Below are positions 1-12,331 of a DNA stretch of 64,000 nt, one piece after another (within the stretch, counting starts at the first letter, position 1; every line of letters starts with the position of its first letter). The translations under genes and the position numbers were made by a program. Origin of the DNA: Flectonema sp. DT1601. Taxonomy: Eukaryota. Location: NCBI GenBank assembly GCA_964019425.1, contig OZ025783.1:248001-312000 (forward strand), read 5' to 3'. The notes below the pieces were generated by a model. That model searched no databases. It worked only from the letters and a program-made list of their open reading frames with translations, and was not told where the DNA came from.

Positions 1-1401
1 TTTGTTTCCGACCCAGATTTTTCCGTTCTCATCGGCTTCCGGTACTTTTGAGGGATCAACTTTAACTTGTTTAGCACTGGAGTTAAAAGAGATGCTATCG
101 ATGAATAATTGTAATGTCTTGTCTGATAGTTCTGAATGCAGTTCTTTACGTGTTAATGGTCCCTTGGCGTTGTAATCGTAGTCGTGCATTTCTAATAAAC
201 CAATATGAGCTTTTACCAGTGTCATTTCATTAGTTGTTAAGGTTCCAGTCTTATCAGAGCAGATGTTTGTCGCAGCTCCCATTGTTTCACAAGCTACAAG
301 TGATCTAACCATGTTGTTATCTTTCATCATTGCTTGCATTGAATATGCGAGTGCGATAGTAACTGATAGAGGAAGACCTTCTGGAACTGCTACAACTACA
401 ATAGAAACACCAACAATAGCATAGTCGAGTAACAGCTTAAAATCATACGTGTCTCCATTATGAGCTGCTTTACCAATAGAGATTGCAGCTAGAGTGAAGA
501 AAAGAATAGAAGCGACTCCTATTCCAACCCACCCAACAAGATCTGCTAAGGTGTTTAGTTTTTCTTGTAAGGGGGTGGGTTGTTTTCCTGTTCTGGTTGC
601 CATTTCAAGACGACCACTGAACGATTCCTCACCAACGGCTACGCAAAGATACAATCCTTTCTCACCAGCTATTACTGATGTTCCAGAAATGATAAATGGA
701 TCAACGTCGGTATCTGTTGCTGCAGCGGACGATTTTTTCTTTTCATCGTTCTCGCCCGTGCATGCGGATTCGTCAACGAGAACACCCTGACCTGATATAA
801 AGATTCCATCAGCTGAAACGAATGTCCCTCCCTCAAATTCGACTAAGTCACCGACTAGAATCTCTGAAACGTCAACTGTTTCTGCTTTACCATTACGCTT
901 AACGGTGACATCAATTTTTGACGTTAGTTCGTTTAGAGCTTTGAACTTCATTTCCTTGAGGTAGTCGTTAATAGTAGTGACCAATACCACCAGTGATATT
1001 GCTACGATGATAAAAGTACCATCTATCCATGCAGTCGAATAATGAACTTCATCCTTACCTTGTTCGGGTGTGGTCAGTCCAATGACGAGAGCTGCTGTTC
1101 CAAGGACTAATAGTAAAAGCATCATCTTATCAGAGAGTGCTTCCTTTAAGAATGTTAAATAGGTGACTTCTTCTTCTTCAGGAAGGAAGTTTTCACCATA
1201 AGTATCCCTTCGGTATTGAAGAGAGGAACTCGTTATCCCGTCAGTCATTGAAGTATCAAGCAACCTTGAGAGTCCTTCTAAACCTCCAAGCTCGCGATAA
1301 ATATTAAGATTCTTGTCCTGAATCATTTCAAAGATCTTTTGTTTCTTCGACCCTCCATCTCCTACTTCAACTTTCTCTAACTCTTTACTGTTCTGTTGCA
1401 T
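1..1401 (-). CDS. P-type Ca2+-ATPase (P2B/PMCA-like), paralogue 1, 5' part only (runs off the window edge)
   Basis: Manual translation from ATG at 1401: MQQNSKELEKVEVG...YGENFLPEEEEVTYLTFLKEALSDKMMLLL...DESACTGE...VVAVPEGLPLSV...CETMGAATNICSDKTGTLTTNEMT. Collinear with the paralogue at 7301-9819. Absent from the ORF track because it has no stop inside the window. Confidence 0.93.
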   Translation of the reverse strand, partial: MQQNSKELEKVEVGDGGSKKQKIFEMIQDKNLNIYRELGGLEGLSRLLDTSMTDGITSSSLQYRRDTYGENFLPEEEEVTYLTFLKEALSDKMMLLLLVLGTAALVIGLTTPEQGKDEVHYSTAWIDGTFIIVAISLVVLVTTINDYLKEMKFKALNELTSKIDVTVKRNGKAETVDVSEILVGDLVEFEGGTFVSADGIFISGQGVLVDESACTGENDEKKKSSAAATDTDVDPFIISGTSVIAGEKGLYLCVAVGEESFSGRLEMATRTGKQPTPLQEKLNTLADLVGWVGIGVASILFFTLAAISIGKAAHNGDTYDFKLLLDYAIVGVSIVVVAVPEGLPLSVTIALAYSMQAMMKDNNMVRSLVACETMGAATNICSDKTGTLTTNEMTLVKAHIGLLEMHDYDYNAKGPLTRKELHSELSDKTLQLFIDSISFNSSAKQVKVDPSKVPEADENGKIWVGNK

Positions 1402-3533
1402 TCCTTCTTTGGATTGTAAGAGTTCGAATTATGTCCCGCAATCCATTGTCATTCTTTGTGTGTGGAGGAAAATATAAGAAAAATAATTGTTGATCCAACG
1501 GATGTGTCGTATCAAAGCTAGAATACTTAGTTGGTAGGAACCTTAATCTTAGACTCACGCGGTGTTGAACTGGAGAGGAATTAACAGTTTGAAACAGAAA
1601 AAATTATCATCTCAAAGCAATAATAGAACACAAGTTCGGTACCAAATTGTTAACCAAAAAAAAGAAAGAAAAAAAAAACATGGAGAGAGAGGGGGAAAAA
1701 AAAAAAGGAAAACATCTCCTTAAAATTAATTTTGTATGGGGAAAAAAAAAAAAAAAAAAGTCTCTTGAACTTAACAAAAGACATTTGTGAAGCATGGTGG
1801 ACAGCAATAAAATCCTGACTACCCACAAGATAACACGACAAGATCTGGATTTCACTTTTAAGACAACTAATTTGCAGCAGATAAAAGCACCATACTAGCA
1901 TGTGTTTTCCTCTGGGATTCGAAAAAAAAAAAAGAAAAAGAAAAGGCGGGGGATTTAATTTATTGTACCTGTACGAATACCATGTCTTTTTACAATACAA
2001 TAAGATTATCGAACAGCTAAAGTTAGTATTCAAAGCTACACTAATAAAATAATGTTACAATGAGGTTTCATGGGAGAATAGAAGAAAAAAAAAAACGTAA
2101 GAAAAAGAGAAAAAAAAATACATAAAAAAAGAAATGAGAGAAAAAAGGTGAAGAATAGAAGAAAAACAGAATTAAAAATGAATTACACTAACGCGAAAAA
2201 AGAAAACGCACTTTTTCATTTACAAACCTATCTAAGCAGATACACCGTAACCACATCTAAGGATCGACTACTGTACAACACGAATTAAGGGGGAAGGAGT
2301 TCGAAAGGGGTACTGCATCATCAAAAAGAGGCATTTTTTTACTTCACTTATTTCCTAGAAAGCCCAAAGTCAGTAAAAGCTCAACAAGGCAGTTAGATCA
2401 CTACCAGCCCGTGAGACTCTCACAGACAGTTAAGAGACTTAGAATAACCTGAAACAAATGACTACCTAAACCCACCGCCCGCGCTAGCAGACAGTGTTAG
2501 AGACGGCTTGATTAAATAAAAATATTTTTGCAGGCCTGTATACAATCCTATTGGAGAGAGTGACTTTTACGATACTACGCACTGCCTAGAAGTTTTGTCG
2601 TCACAAAAGTATGTTATCATTATTTGAAAGGCGATACGCACCTACATTTTTTTTCATTTTGTAAAATACAACTACATAACGATGAACACTCGACTTAGTC
2701 TTTAAAAAGTTACTATCGTCGTTTTAGAGAGATATCGATGTCTACACGACAAGGGGAGGAGAGGTTGAGGTCTGAAGTTATTGAAAAATTCATTAACTGG
2801 AAAACAAAAAACTTCAGAAGGGGGTAGTCTACACACTAATTCGGTACCACAACCATGAGACTCTCACAGATGAGAAAGAGACGTAAGTGATTACTATGAA
2901 CTATTTTTTTTTTTTAACAGATTAAAATTGATAAATTTTTTTTATTCCTCTTGGGATCTTACGTAAACAAAAAAAAAACGATCAACCAAAATAACTGTCA
3001 GTGGCAGCAGTGATCAATATTGCAAAAACCGCCAAACAGTTTTCGTTAAACACCGCAATTATATTATGCCAATAGTAATAATAAAAAAAAAAAAAAATAA
3101 CACATAACTACAACACTTTTTTTTTTTTTTTTTTTTTCATCGGCAGTAATTTATACCTTATCATTTTATGACAACACATAAAACACATGTATTTGTACCA
3201 AATATAAAGCCGTTAAAAATGATAAATAGTTACAAGCATAGGCAAACACTCTGCAAATGTTGGAGGAAAAACCACTAACAGATGCTTACAAGGGGACGAT
3301 GAGGGAGTAAACTGCTTGATTAGAACATAAATACGATACAGGGGGGGGTAATTGATACTGTATTCTTAAGCTTCCAAGAGGGAGTTGAAAAATGTTTGAA
3401 TACATTTATGACCACTAAAGTTAACTAAAATAACTGTTACAGGGGTATATATCTCACCGGAAGAAAAGAAAGAAAAAAAAAAGAATCGGCTTTGTAAGCA
3501 ACCACACATCTTCGTGTTCGTGTTGGGAAATAC

Positions 3534-3565
<32 letters not shown>

Positions 3566-4461
3566 CTTTTTATTGTGCACCGAAAAAGTGAACAATTCTA
3601 ACAAAAAAAAAAAAAGAAGAGTGAATTACGCACCTACACGACATGGGGAGTTCCGGATAAAAGGGAGACGACAATGTAAAAAACAGTAATAAACTTTATA
3701 ATACTAAAATAAGTAATAAAAGGTTAAACTGGAAAAAAAAAAAAAAAAAAAGTGACAGGAGTTATTAAGCTTTAATTTTTTTTTTTTTTGGAATAGGTAG
3801 CTAAGAAGCTATTTCACTCGCACATAACTAAAATAATCACGAAGAGTGAATACAGAAAGATTAATTTTAGCATAATATAGACAAAATTAGGTATTTTTCA
3901 CCCATACTTAACAAAGAGTGATTTACGCACCTACACGACATGGGGAGTTGAAAAGGTAAAAGGGACAAAAAGAAAAAAAAACGATCACAGAAAAGAACTC
4001 CAATAATCGAGAAGGCTTTATATTGTCTACCCTCCCAAGAGCCACAAATGATTAAAAAAAAGAAAAAGTAAAAATTCAATGCATTGATTAGTTAGTCTCC
4101 CTCGTAACTGTTTGACAGAAGAGAATAACCGCTTTAAAAATATGCTCTCTTTCAATGTTAACAACGAGAAGGGACTTATAATGATACAAACATAAAGAAT
4201 TATATCAAAGCTAACCAACTTACGTGTTGGTAATTTTTGATACAGCTGGCTCGTTTTAGACCCAACATTATAAGTAATGTTTCTAACTTGCCTGCATACA
4301 CTTTTTGTCATTTTCCGTGTTGTCATTCAGTGCAGTACGGAATTGAAGGGAAACTAGAGAAATACAAACAAGTTTAATTTGATTGTTTCTTTTTTTTTTT
4401 AAAAAAAATAAAAATAAAAAAAAGGGACTAAAAAAATAAAATAAATTATATTATACATTGA

Positions 4462-5191
4462 TTACTTGTCGGGGTCAGCAACACGAGAAGATGAACGGCT
4501 AACAAGACTGCTTACTCCAGAGCTTCGCTTAGCGTTGAGGGTATCTCCCCGTCTTCCTCTCATCGCACGAACGACTCGCACCCGTTGTTGAACTCTTCCT
4601 AGTGCTTCTTTAATTCTGATTCTCATTAATTCTCGTGCCGCATCATTAGGTTCGTCTTTGTGTTTGTTCTTCTTTTCACCAGGCTTTTTGAGAGCTCCTT
4701 TAACAATTTCTCGTTGCATATCGTTGATTTCTTTAATTAGTTTTAGTTTGGAATTTCTAATTTCAGTATCCTTATCGTCCTCCTTGTCCTCTTCTTCATC
4801 TAGTCTTTTACTCTTGTGACGTGGCTCTGCCATTGGATAGCATCGCAGTATTACTCCAAAAGGAAACATTAAAAGAGCGATTCCAATTGTCGCACCCCAT
4901 CTTGCCGAACCTATACTAATAGTCTCCATAAAACTCTGAGCTACTTCAACCATGAATGCTTGAAAACCAGCAGTAAAAAACACAATTGGAAGAAAGAATT
5001 TTGATCTATGAAAACCTTCAAAAGGGTTCTTCTCATCATATAACTTACGAGCATGGAACCAATTAATGACTTGCATATAAATATAAGTGTTAAAAACAAC
5101 CGTACGAAGCCTCATTAAGTTTTCCTCTTCATGTTCGTCTAACGCTTCCGGACTACGATCAGTTCCGGTGTAGGTGCTACTGGTCTCAAAT
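4462..5191 (-). CDS. PMCA paralogue 2, exon 3 (TM8-10 and C-terminal tail)
   Basis: Acceptor A29-TAG|A gives in-frame L-FETSSTYTGTDRSPEALDEHEEENL-MRLRTVVFNTYIYMQVINWFHARKLYDEKNPFEG (PMCA 'FNxFV.xQxFN...R' region). The basic amphipathic tail RVQQRVRVVRAMRG may be a calmodulin-binding site. Confidence 0.9.
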
Positions 5192-5192
5192 C

Positions 5193-5223
<31 letters not shown>

Positions 5224-5264
5224 GATTTAACAACAAAGACGACAGCATCATCATAAAAATATAT

Positions 5265-7041
5265 GAGGCGGTGCAGAAACCCCCCCCCCAATTTTTACCA
5301 GGCTATTCTGTGGGCACCTAATACCCAATCCGAGCTCACCACCCCACGAAAATACTATCCAAAAAACTCAAATCCGGTACTGGGGCATCCTCTAACTGCT
5401 CACCAGTTTCAAAATTCTATATTTTTTGACTGTTTCTGGTACTTTTGCCTTGTGTCTCTGTTGGTTGCCCTCAAAATACTCAAAAACCAGCTTAGCAGCT
5501 ACATTGCAGAAATTTGTTTACACCCTGGGTTCCTATGAAGACTGGAATGATAGGAACAGGAGAAGTGATGAGACAGGAGAATCATAGATCCCGTGAGAAC
5601 TGCAGAGTACGATATCGGGTGGTGATTCTGAGTCACCCTTGCTGGCAGTGATGATTGGGCAATGTGAGCATGCTGTTCACAATAAGTACACCCTCAGGAT
5701 TACTGGAGTTTTTCTAGAATCTATAGCCGCTTGAGGACGCTGCTACAAGCTCTATGTTCCAGTGGCTAGGGATAGCAGAAGTGAATAAGACTGGGATAGT
5801 AGTAGGAAAGGAATTGTGGAAGAATAGGGACAAGAAGGTGGAGTCAGTGGTTGCCTGTCAGTTGTAACACCTGACATGAAAAATCAGGTTCAATAAGAAC
5901 TGGTAACCACTAGTGGTACCATAATATAAAACTCCTCCAAGTATCAAAAAAAAGGAGAGAGGCAGTTACTGTTACTGTTACTGTTGAAAACATGATGACC
6001 TCGTATCAACTAGTCGATAATAACTCCCCTCTAAAAGACACTATCTCATACACACGGTACTGTTCTCTAGCTGGAGTTGAGTTTCAGCAGTTACGACGCT
6101 GTACGAATGTGTGCAACTACCGTCTCATCGACAAGAATCCATAAAAGAAGCTTGCCTGCCCGGCATCTTCAGTATTCGCCACATGTATCTGTGATGTTGA
6201 CAGACGTAATGGGTGGATCTCTGGGGCCTTCAACATCATCGTAACTTCCTTCTGGCGCTCATAAAGTCCGAAGCTGAGAAGCGAACAACAATGAGAGGAA
6301 TTATTGAAATAGATTCTCACATTGGAGATAAGAGACATGTCAGGTGTATTGAGAAGATACATCTAATCCATCCTGGTGACTATATCATGACTCTGGATTA
6401 TAAAGAAAAGGACTTCTAATGACAGAAGGGCCAAATTCCCCTTTCTATCAACTGGGGAGATAAGTCTGCTTGGATGTGTACTACATGAGCAGTTTGGAAC
6501 TGAGGTTCAGTGTGGCCATAACAACTTCCTACTCCCACACATCAACTAGAATGCGATAGTAACGTATCCGGTTATGAATAAGTTCTTCTTGATGTCTGAG
6601 AATGATAAGATGATTCACTATTGGGCTGATGCTGGTAGGCACCTTGAGAACACAACCGTCATCAGCCTGTTCTGTAAAATAGGTTAATCAGCTTGGGTTA
6701 ACTTTTTCCCTAGTCGGCATGGCAAGTCCGAATGTGATCAACACTTTGGCAATATCACATCTGTGCTGACACTCGAATCTAAATCGCAGGAAATCTGGGC
6801 CTTCAAGAAAAGCAAAATTTCAAACATAATTTCTACCAGTGCTACACAGCTTACAAGGCAAATGTTACTAGAAACAGTCAAAAAAGTGAAAATTTTAAAC
6901 TGGTGGACAGTAAAAGGGTGCCCCAGTACCGGATTTGAGTTTTTTGGATACTATTTTCGTGGGGTGGTGGGCTCGGATTGGGTGTTAGGTGCCCACGGGA
7001 TAGCCTGGTAAAAATTGGGGGGGGGGTTTCTGCACATCCTC
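5265..7041 (+). mobile_element. Decayed Sola-like (Sola2/3-type) DNA transposon inside PMCA intron 2
   Basis: ~190-bp imperfect terminal inverted repeats (5265-~5454 / ~6853-7041) with GAG...CTC termini. Flanked on both sides by ATAT (5261-5264, 7042-7045). Internal + strand transposase remnants IMTLDYKE (~6384-6407), HYWADAGRH (~6616-6642) and WVNFFPSRHGKSECDQHFGNI (~6693-6756), broken by stops and frameshifts. Confidence 0.85.
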
Positions 7042-7103
7042 ATATAACAAAAAAAAAAAAAAAAAAAAAAGAATACAAAAAAAAAAACGTATAAAAGACA
7101 TAC

Positions 7104-7220
7104 AATTCCTCTCCAGAAAAGATTAACAAGTGAAGAATTAATATCATAAAGATCGCGTTACCGATGACGAATCTCCTCATTTTGTAGGAAATAAGAGGAG
7201 CATCACGGTAGGTAGGTGGC
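7104..7220 (-). CDS. PMCA paralogue 2, exon 2
   Basis: Acceptor CAACAG|G restores the frame: ...LLSR-PPTYRDAPLISYKMRRFVIGNAIFMILILHLLIFSGEE (typical RxP...PLIS..M segment plus TM7). Donor TT|GTATGT at 7104/7103. Confidence 0.88.
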
Positions 7221-7300
7221 CTGTTGTTTTTTATTTTTTTTTGCTTCCACGCAATTGTCAATTTTATATAATTTAAAAAAAAAAAAAAAGAAATACACAC

Positions 7301-9819
7301 CTGCTGAGTAAAGCTTCATCGTTTGGATTCTCAGTTGATAAAGCGAGGGCAGCCATTGTGTCCATAATTAAGTTAGCCCATAGAAGATGAACTGGTGCTA
7401 GAGGTGGCTCTCCCGTACCATCAGTTCTAGCGGCATCCTTAATGGCACCAACAAATGTGATAACGAGAAGAACACAGTTAGCAGTAAATTGAAACTGAAC
7501 GAACTTCCTGATATTATCATTGACATTCCTACCCCACTTACAAGCCTGAACAACTGATACAAAGTTGTTGTCGAGGAGAATAATTTTCGATGCCTTCTTA
7601 GCAACATCAGTTCCATCGTTCATCGCAAAACCAACGTCTGCGAGTTTGAGTGCCGGGGCGTCGTTAGTACCATCGCCTGTGACGGCAACGACTTCACCCA
7701 ACAACATTAAATTACCGACTAAGAGTTGTTTATCTAATGGAGAACAACGTGCTAGAACTTGAATAGATGGAAGCATCTTCATAAATGATTTCTCATCTTC
7801 GACGAATAGCTGTCTGAATGCTGGACCTTCCATGGCTACGACATCGTCAGTGTAGATTCCACACTTTCTAGCGATTGCTTTAGCGGTAGTGATGTTGTCA
7901 CCTGTGCACATTCTTACAGTGACACCAGCATTCTGACAACGTTTAACAGCTGCAGGGACTTCAGTACGTACTGGATCTTCAATACCAGTGATACCTAAGA
8001 AGATGAGATCGTGATCCAATGGGTCTTCTGAAGGGAAATCATCATTTATGTTATCACTGTAAGTCGTAAATCCAACTCCGAGTGTTCTGAGAGCCTCAGA
8101 TCCGTAATCGTCCATAGCTTCAGTAATAGTTTGTCTAATGTCATCAGTTAAGTCGCATACGTCACCACTTCCTGTGATGTATCTATTTGATCTTTGGAGA
8201 ATAACTTCCGTTGCTCCCTTTGAGTACTGCATTATTTTCTTTCCATATAAAAAGTGATCTTGTTTAACCAATGTAGTCATACTTTTCTTCTTACTTTGAA
8301 ATGGATAAATGTATTTGTCTTCACAAGAAGTTCTAATTTTGTCAATTTTTCTTTCGTCAACTCTGTTGACCCATCGAAGCATTCCTTGTTCTGTCTTATT
8401 ACCAATCCAGATCATTGCAGGTGCATCCTTCTTCGTGTTTGAGTTTTTAATAAGCTTTGCGGTACTGTTAAACGCAACTGCCTCGCAGTAAAGTTTTAGA
8501 GTTTGATTCGAAAGATCATCGTTGAGGTCTTTTAACCAAATTTCTTTCGATGAATTGTGGTCGTATCTTTTCATTTGTAATAATCCAATGAAAGCACGAA
8601 TTTGAGTCATTTCATTAGTTGTTAAGGTTCCAGTCTTATCAGAGCAGATGTTTGTCGCAGCTCCCATTGTTTCACAAGCTACAAGTGATCTAACCATGTT
8701 GTTATCTTTCATCATTGCTTGCATTGAATATGCGAGTGCGATGACAACTGATAGAGGAAGACCTTCTGGAACTGCTACAACAATAATTGAAACACCAATA
8801 ATAGCATAGTCGAGTAACAGTTTAAAGTCATAACGATCACCATTAACTGCTGCTTTAATTATCGAAATCAGTGCTAGAATGACAAAGAGAAGAATTGCCA
8901 CTCCGATCCCAACCCATCCAACCGTATCAGCTAAGTCATCAAGTTTCTCTTGTAGAGGTGTTGGTTGTTTTCCAGAACGTGTTTGCATTTCAAGATTACC
9001 AGAAAAGCTTTTTTCTCCTACACCGATGACTAAGTATTTACCTTCTTCACCAGCCACAACAGAAGTTCCAGAAATAATGAAAGGATCGAGTTTGCCTGTG
9101 TCTGGGTCTGCGACGTTGTTCTTTCTCTTTTCGTTATTCTCTCCAGTGCATGCCGACTCATCAATTGAGAACCCCTGTCCGGCTAAGAAAATACCATCAG
9201 CTGGGATGAACAAACCTCCTGAGAATTCGACAATATCACCGACAACTAATTCCGCGACGTCAATTACCTTTTTGTTTCCATCACGAAGGACAGTTAATGG
9301 TACTTTAGATGTCAAGTCGTTAAGAGCTTTAAACTTAAGCTCTTTGAGATAATCATTAATAGTAGTCACCAATACTACAATAGTAACAGCGACAATAATA
9401 AACGTTCCATCAATCCAAGCTGTCGAGTAGTTGACATCATCTTTACCCGATTCTGGTGTTGTTAAACCAATAATAAGAGCTGTAACACCGAGAACCAGTA
9501 ATAAAACCATCATCTTGTCAGACAAAGCTTCTTTAAGAAACCTCCAATAGGTTACTTCTTCTTCTTCTGGAAGGGTGTTTATTCCGTAAATCTTCTGTCT
9601 TTCAGATATAGTTGAGGTTTTAATACCGTCTTCCAAGTCAGAGTCAAGTGACTTTAAAAGACCTTCCGCCCCTCCGAGTTGTTTATAGGCAGAAGTGTCT
9701 TTGTCAGTGATCAGGTTTAGGAATTCATTTGGTTTTATTTTGAACCGTCCTGCTACAACGACTTCAATCGCAGAGGATGATTCATCGTCGCTGTGATCGT
9801 CGGGCGAATTGCCTCCCAT
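7301..9819 (-). CDS. PMCA-like Ca2+-ATPase paralogue 2, exon 1 (gene = join of 9819-7301, 7220-7104, 5191-4462)
   Basis: Motifs DESACTGE, PEGLPL, DKTGTLT, KGATE, MCTGDN, VTGDGTNDAPALK and LWANLIMDTMAALAL. Start MGGNSP at 9819 follows TTTTTCTCTCTCTTTCAG. Donor AG|GTGTGT at 7301/7300. Confidence 0.95.
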
Positions 9820-11274
9820 TTGACAGATACTGAAAGAGAGAGAAAAATAATGATAATAATAATAATAATAAATCACACTCCTAATCTCTTTAATAAAAAA
9901 GAAAATAAAGAATACGTGATACTCAGCACACGTAACATGCGAATTTAAAAAAAGAAATCACGGTTTGGTTTTTTTTTTTTTTTAATTAGTTGACATAGTC
10001 TAGAATAGCTTTATCAAAGAAGAGCTATAAAATCACAACGCAAGTGAAAAGATATAATAGAAATCATGGCAACGAGTAGCAGGGAAGACATAGTAAATAA
10101 CAACTGATCTGTTTTGGCAAAAAAAAAAAAAAAAATGAAATGAAATGAAATGAAATAAATAATTCATCTACTCCAGCCTCGAAAAGGAGAGAGAGAATTA
10201 AGTGAAAACAGAAGACACAAACGCACACCCTTCCATGCGTTGCAACGTCAACGTCTCAGCAGATGGTAAAGTATAAAATAAAAAAAAAAACAGAAATAGA
10301 AATGATTGTATCCTTAACTATACAGAAAAATAGTAAATACGACACTCGTTTGATGTTTTGTTTATGTTCACGAAAACCGTCTTAAACTGATAAAGCTAAA
10401 AGGAGGTTAACAACAATTCTTTTTGCGTTCTTATATAATATTTGTTAAATACAAAAAAAAAAAAAAAAAAAAAAATCCACTAGTGGTTTCTTCTAAAACA
10501 ACAAGCAGATCAAAGAGAGGGAGCGTAGGAACACAACGAATTTTGTTACCAATAATAAAATAAACACGGAAGGGACAACCCACTTAAGGTGAATCAATGA
10601 AAACAAACAATAGATCAAAAGGACTATTAAATGTGTAATCACGCAAATCCAGTTAGTGAGTGTTATTTATATAATCGAGACAGTAGAGTGTTCGGTGAAC
10701 GCAGACAGAATCCTGTCGCAAAGGGGTAACTTGATACTATAAGGGTGAAACTTTGACAATGTAAAAAAACAGTAACAACTTTAGGGTATTAAAAACAAAA
10801 TTAATATCAAAGTATTTGACTGAAAGAAAATATTTGCAGTTTGTTAATCAAAGAAACAATACGTTTTGAAAAAAGAGAACATAAATGGGAAAATTATTTA
10901 GGGGAGATGCATGTTCGATTTTGTAAAAATTACAATTGGTGTTGTATCATAAAAACATAACGATAAGTTAGCATTAGTTTTAGACACGGTGATGCGCAAC
11001 GTAGAAAGCAATCCATTTACCTCTTACCTCTATTCTCTCATCAGTATGGTGCAGAAGTACGTCAGTCAACTGTTGCGACTGAGTCAAAGGAGGACATAAA
11101 TCATGACCATAAGAAATAACCAGCCTTCAATCGAATGAATGGTTTCTTCTCCGACTATGTCGGTTTAAAAAGATAAAAAAATATGACTACTAAACGCGTT
11201 ATCTACGTTAAACCTAACTAATTTATTTATTAAAAAATAATCTGCTAAGAAATCACCATAAAGAGAGAGATCAT

Positions 11275-12135
11275 TTAATCTTCTACAAAGGAAACTCTTC
11301 GTTTTGTGTGATCCTCACAGCAGTCCGAAGCAACGACACGAATATCAACCATGTTATAAGAATAAAGGAATTTCATAATAACCAAAACAGAGAGAGGATG
11401 GATTTCAGGAATAGCAGCGGAAATGACTACAAAGACAATAATAAATAAATCTACAAAAGAATAACCATCTAAGTTATTCGATACGACAGCTACAGAGACA
11501 AGAAATAAGAACAAAAAAACAACAGACATTAATCCTAATAAACCAACAGTATTTGATAGCCGTGACATTCTGTGCTCAAGGTGAGATTGATTGGAGTTTG
11601 TGTCTAAGCAGAGGAAGGTGTTGCCTACTTGTGGGATAGCAAACGGATTATTATCACGTGAGTTAATTATTACACCTTGACAGGGTAAGTAATCACCGAT
11701 CTTTATTAGAATTACGTCACCAACAACGAGATCACTTCCTGAGACCCGAAGTTGCACGTCGTCACGAACTACCGTCATTTTAGAGAGCTGATTTGATATT
11801 TCCCAAAGATTTTTTAATTTTTTTCGTTTTATAAATGAATTCAACAAAACTACTATTCCAACGCAACCTATCAATACCAACGGCCACATACTATTATCAA
11901 GTAAGGCTCCAATAGAACCGCATAAAGGTAATAATTTACTGCAATATTCTGTACTTAATTCATCATTTTTAGTTAAGATCATCTCTTCTTTTCTTTTACT
12001 AACAGTGGACGATTTGATACCCTCAATCGCATTGCTCTCTAACGTCAGTAGCATTCCTTCTACACCTCCGACAGCTCTTAATCCTTCACTGTCACTGTCT
12101 CGTACGATTCGTTGGTATTCTGACAAGTATTTCAT
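11275..12135 (-). CDS. Truncated, divergent PMCA-derived membrane protein (N-terminus to TM4; no TGE or DKTGT motifs)
   Basis: GGVEGMLLTLESNAIEGIKSSTVSKRK, TVVRD...DLVVGDV...LPCQG, SHLEHRMSRLSNTVG and ISAAIPEIHPLSV align by eye with the neighbouring PMCAs. The ORF stops just before the phosphorylation site. Confidence 0.75.
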   Translation of the reverse strand: MKYLSEYQRIVRDSDSEGLRAVGGVEGMLLTLESNAIEGIKSSTVSKRKEEMILTKNDELSTEYCSKLLPLCGSIGALLDNSMWPLVLIGCVGIVVLLNSFIKRKKLKNLWEISNQLSKMTVVRDDVQLRVSGSDLVVGDVILIKIGDYLPCQGVIINSRDNNPFAIPQVGNTFLCLDTNSNQSHLEHRMSRLSNTVGLLGLMSVVFLFLFLVSVAVVSNNLDGYSFVDLFIIVFVVISAAIPEIHPLSVLVIMKFLYSYNMVDIRVVASDCCEDHTKRRVSFVED

Positions 12136-12331
12136 ATTTTTAATCCAACTGATGAATGCAGATTATCACGTATTAACTATCATGTGGTTAATGTCTAATA
12201 ATAAAAAATTGAACTAAGGAAAGCGTTTCGAAAAGTAAAATAAACTCGACGCTTCGTGCGCTGTTGGTGACGTTTAAATCGTCTTTGAAAAAGAACTACA
12301 GAGTGTAAAAGAGAATTGTTCTAGTCTATCA

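Noticed and set aside
494..790. Plus-strand ORFs antisense to PMCA genes (also 8879-9352) that resemble each other
   Set aside because: Shadow ORFs; their similarity just mirrors the paralogous minus-strand genes.
1607..4326. Short F/K-rich ORFs in intergenic DNA (also 25745-27014 and 54338-63829)
   Set aside because: Products of poly-T/poly-A tracts with no protein-like motifs.
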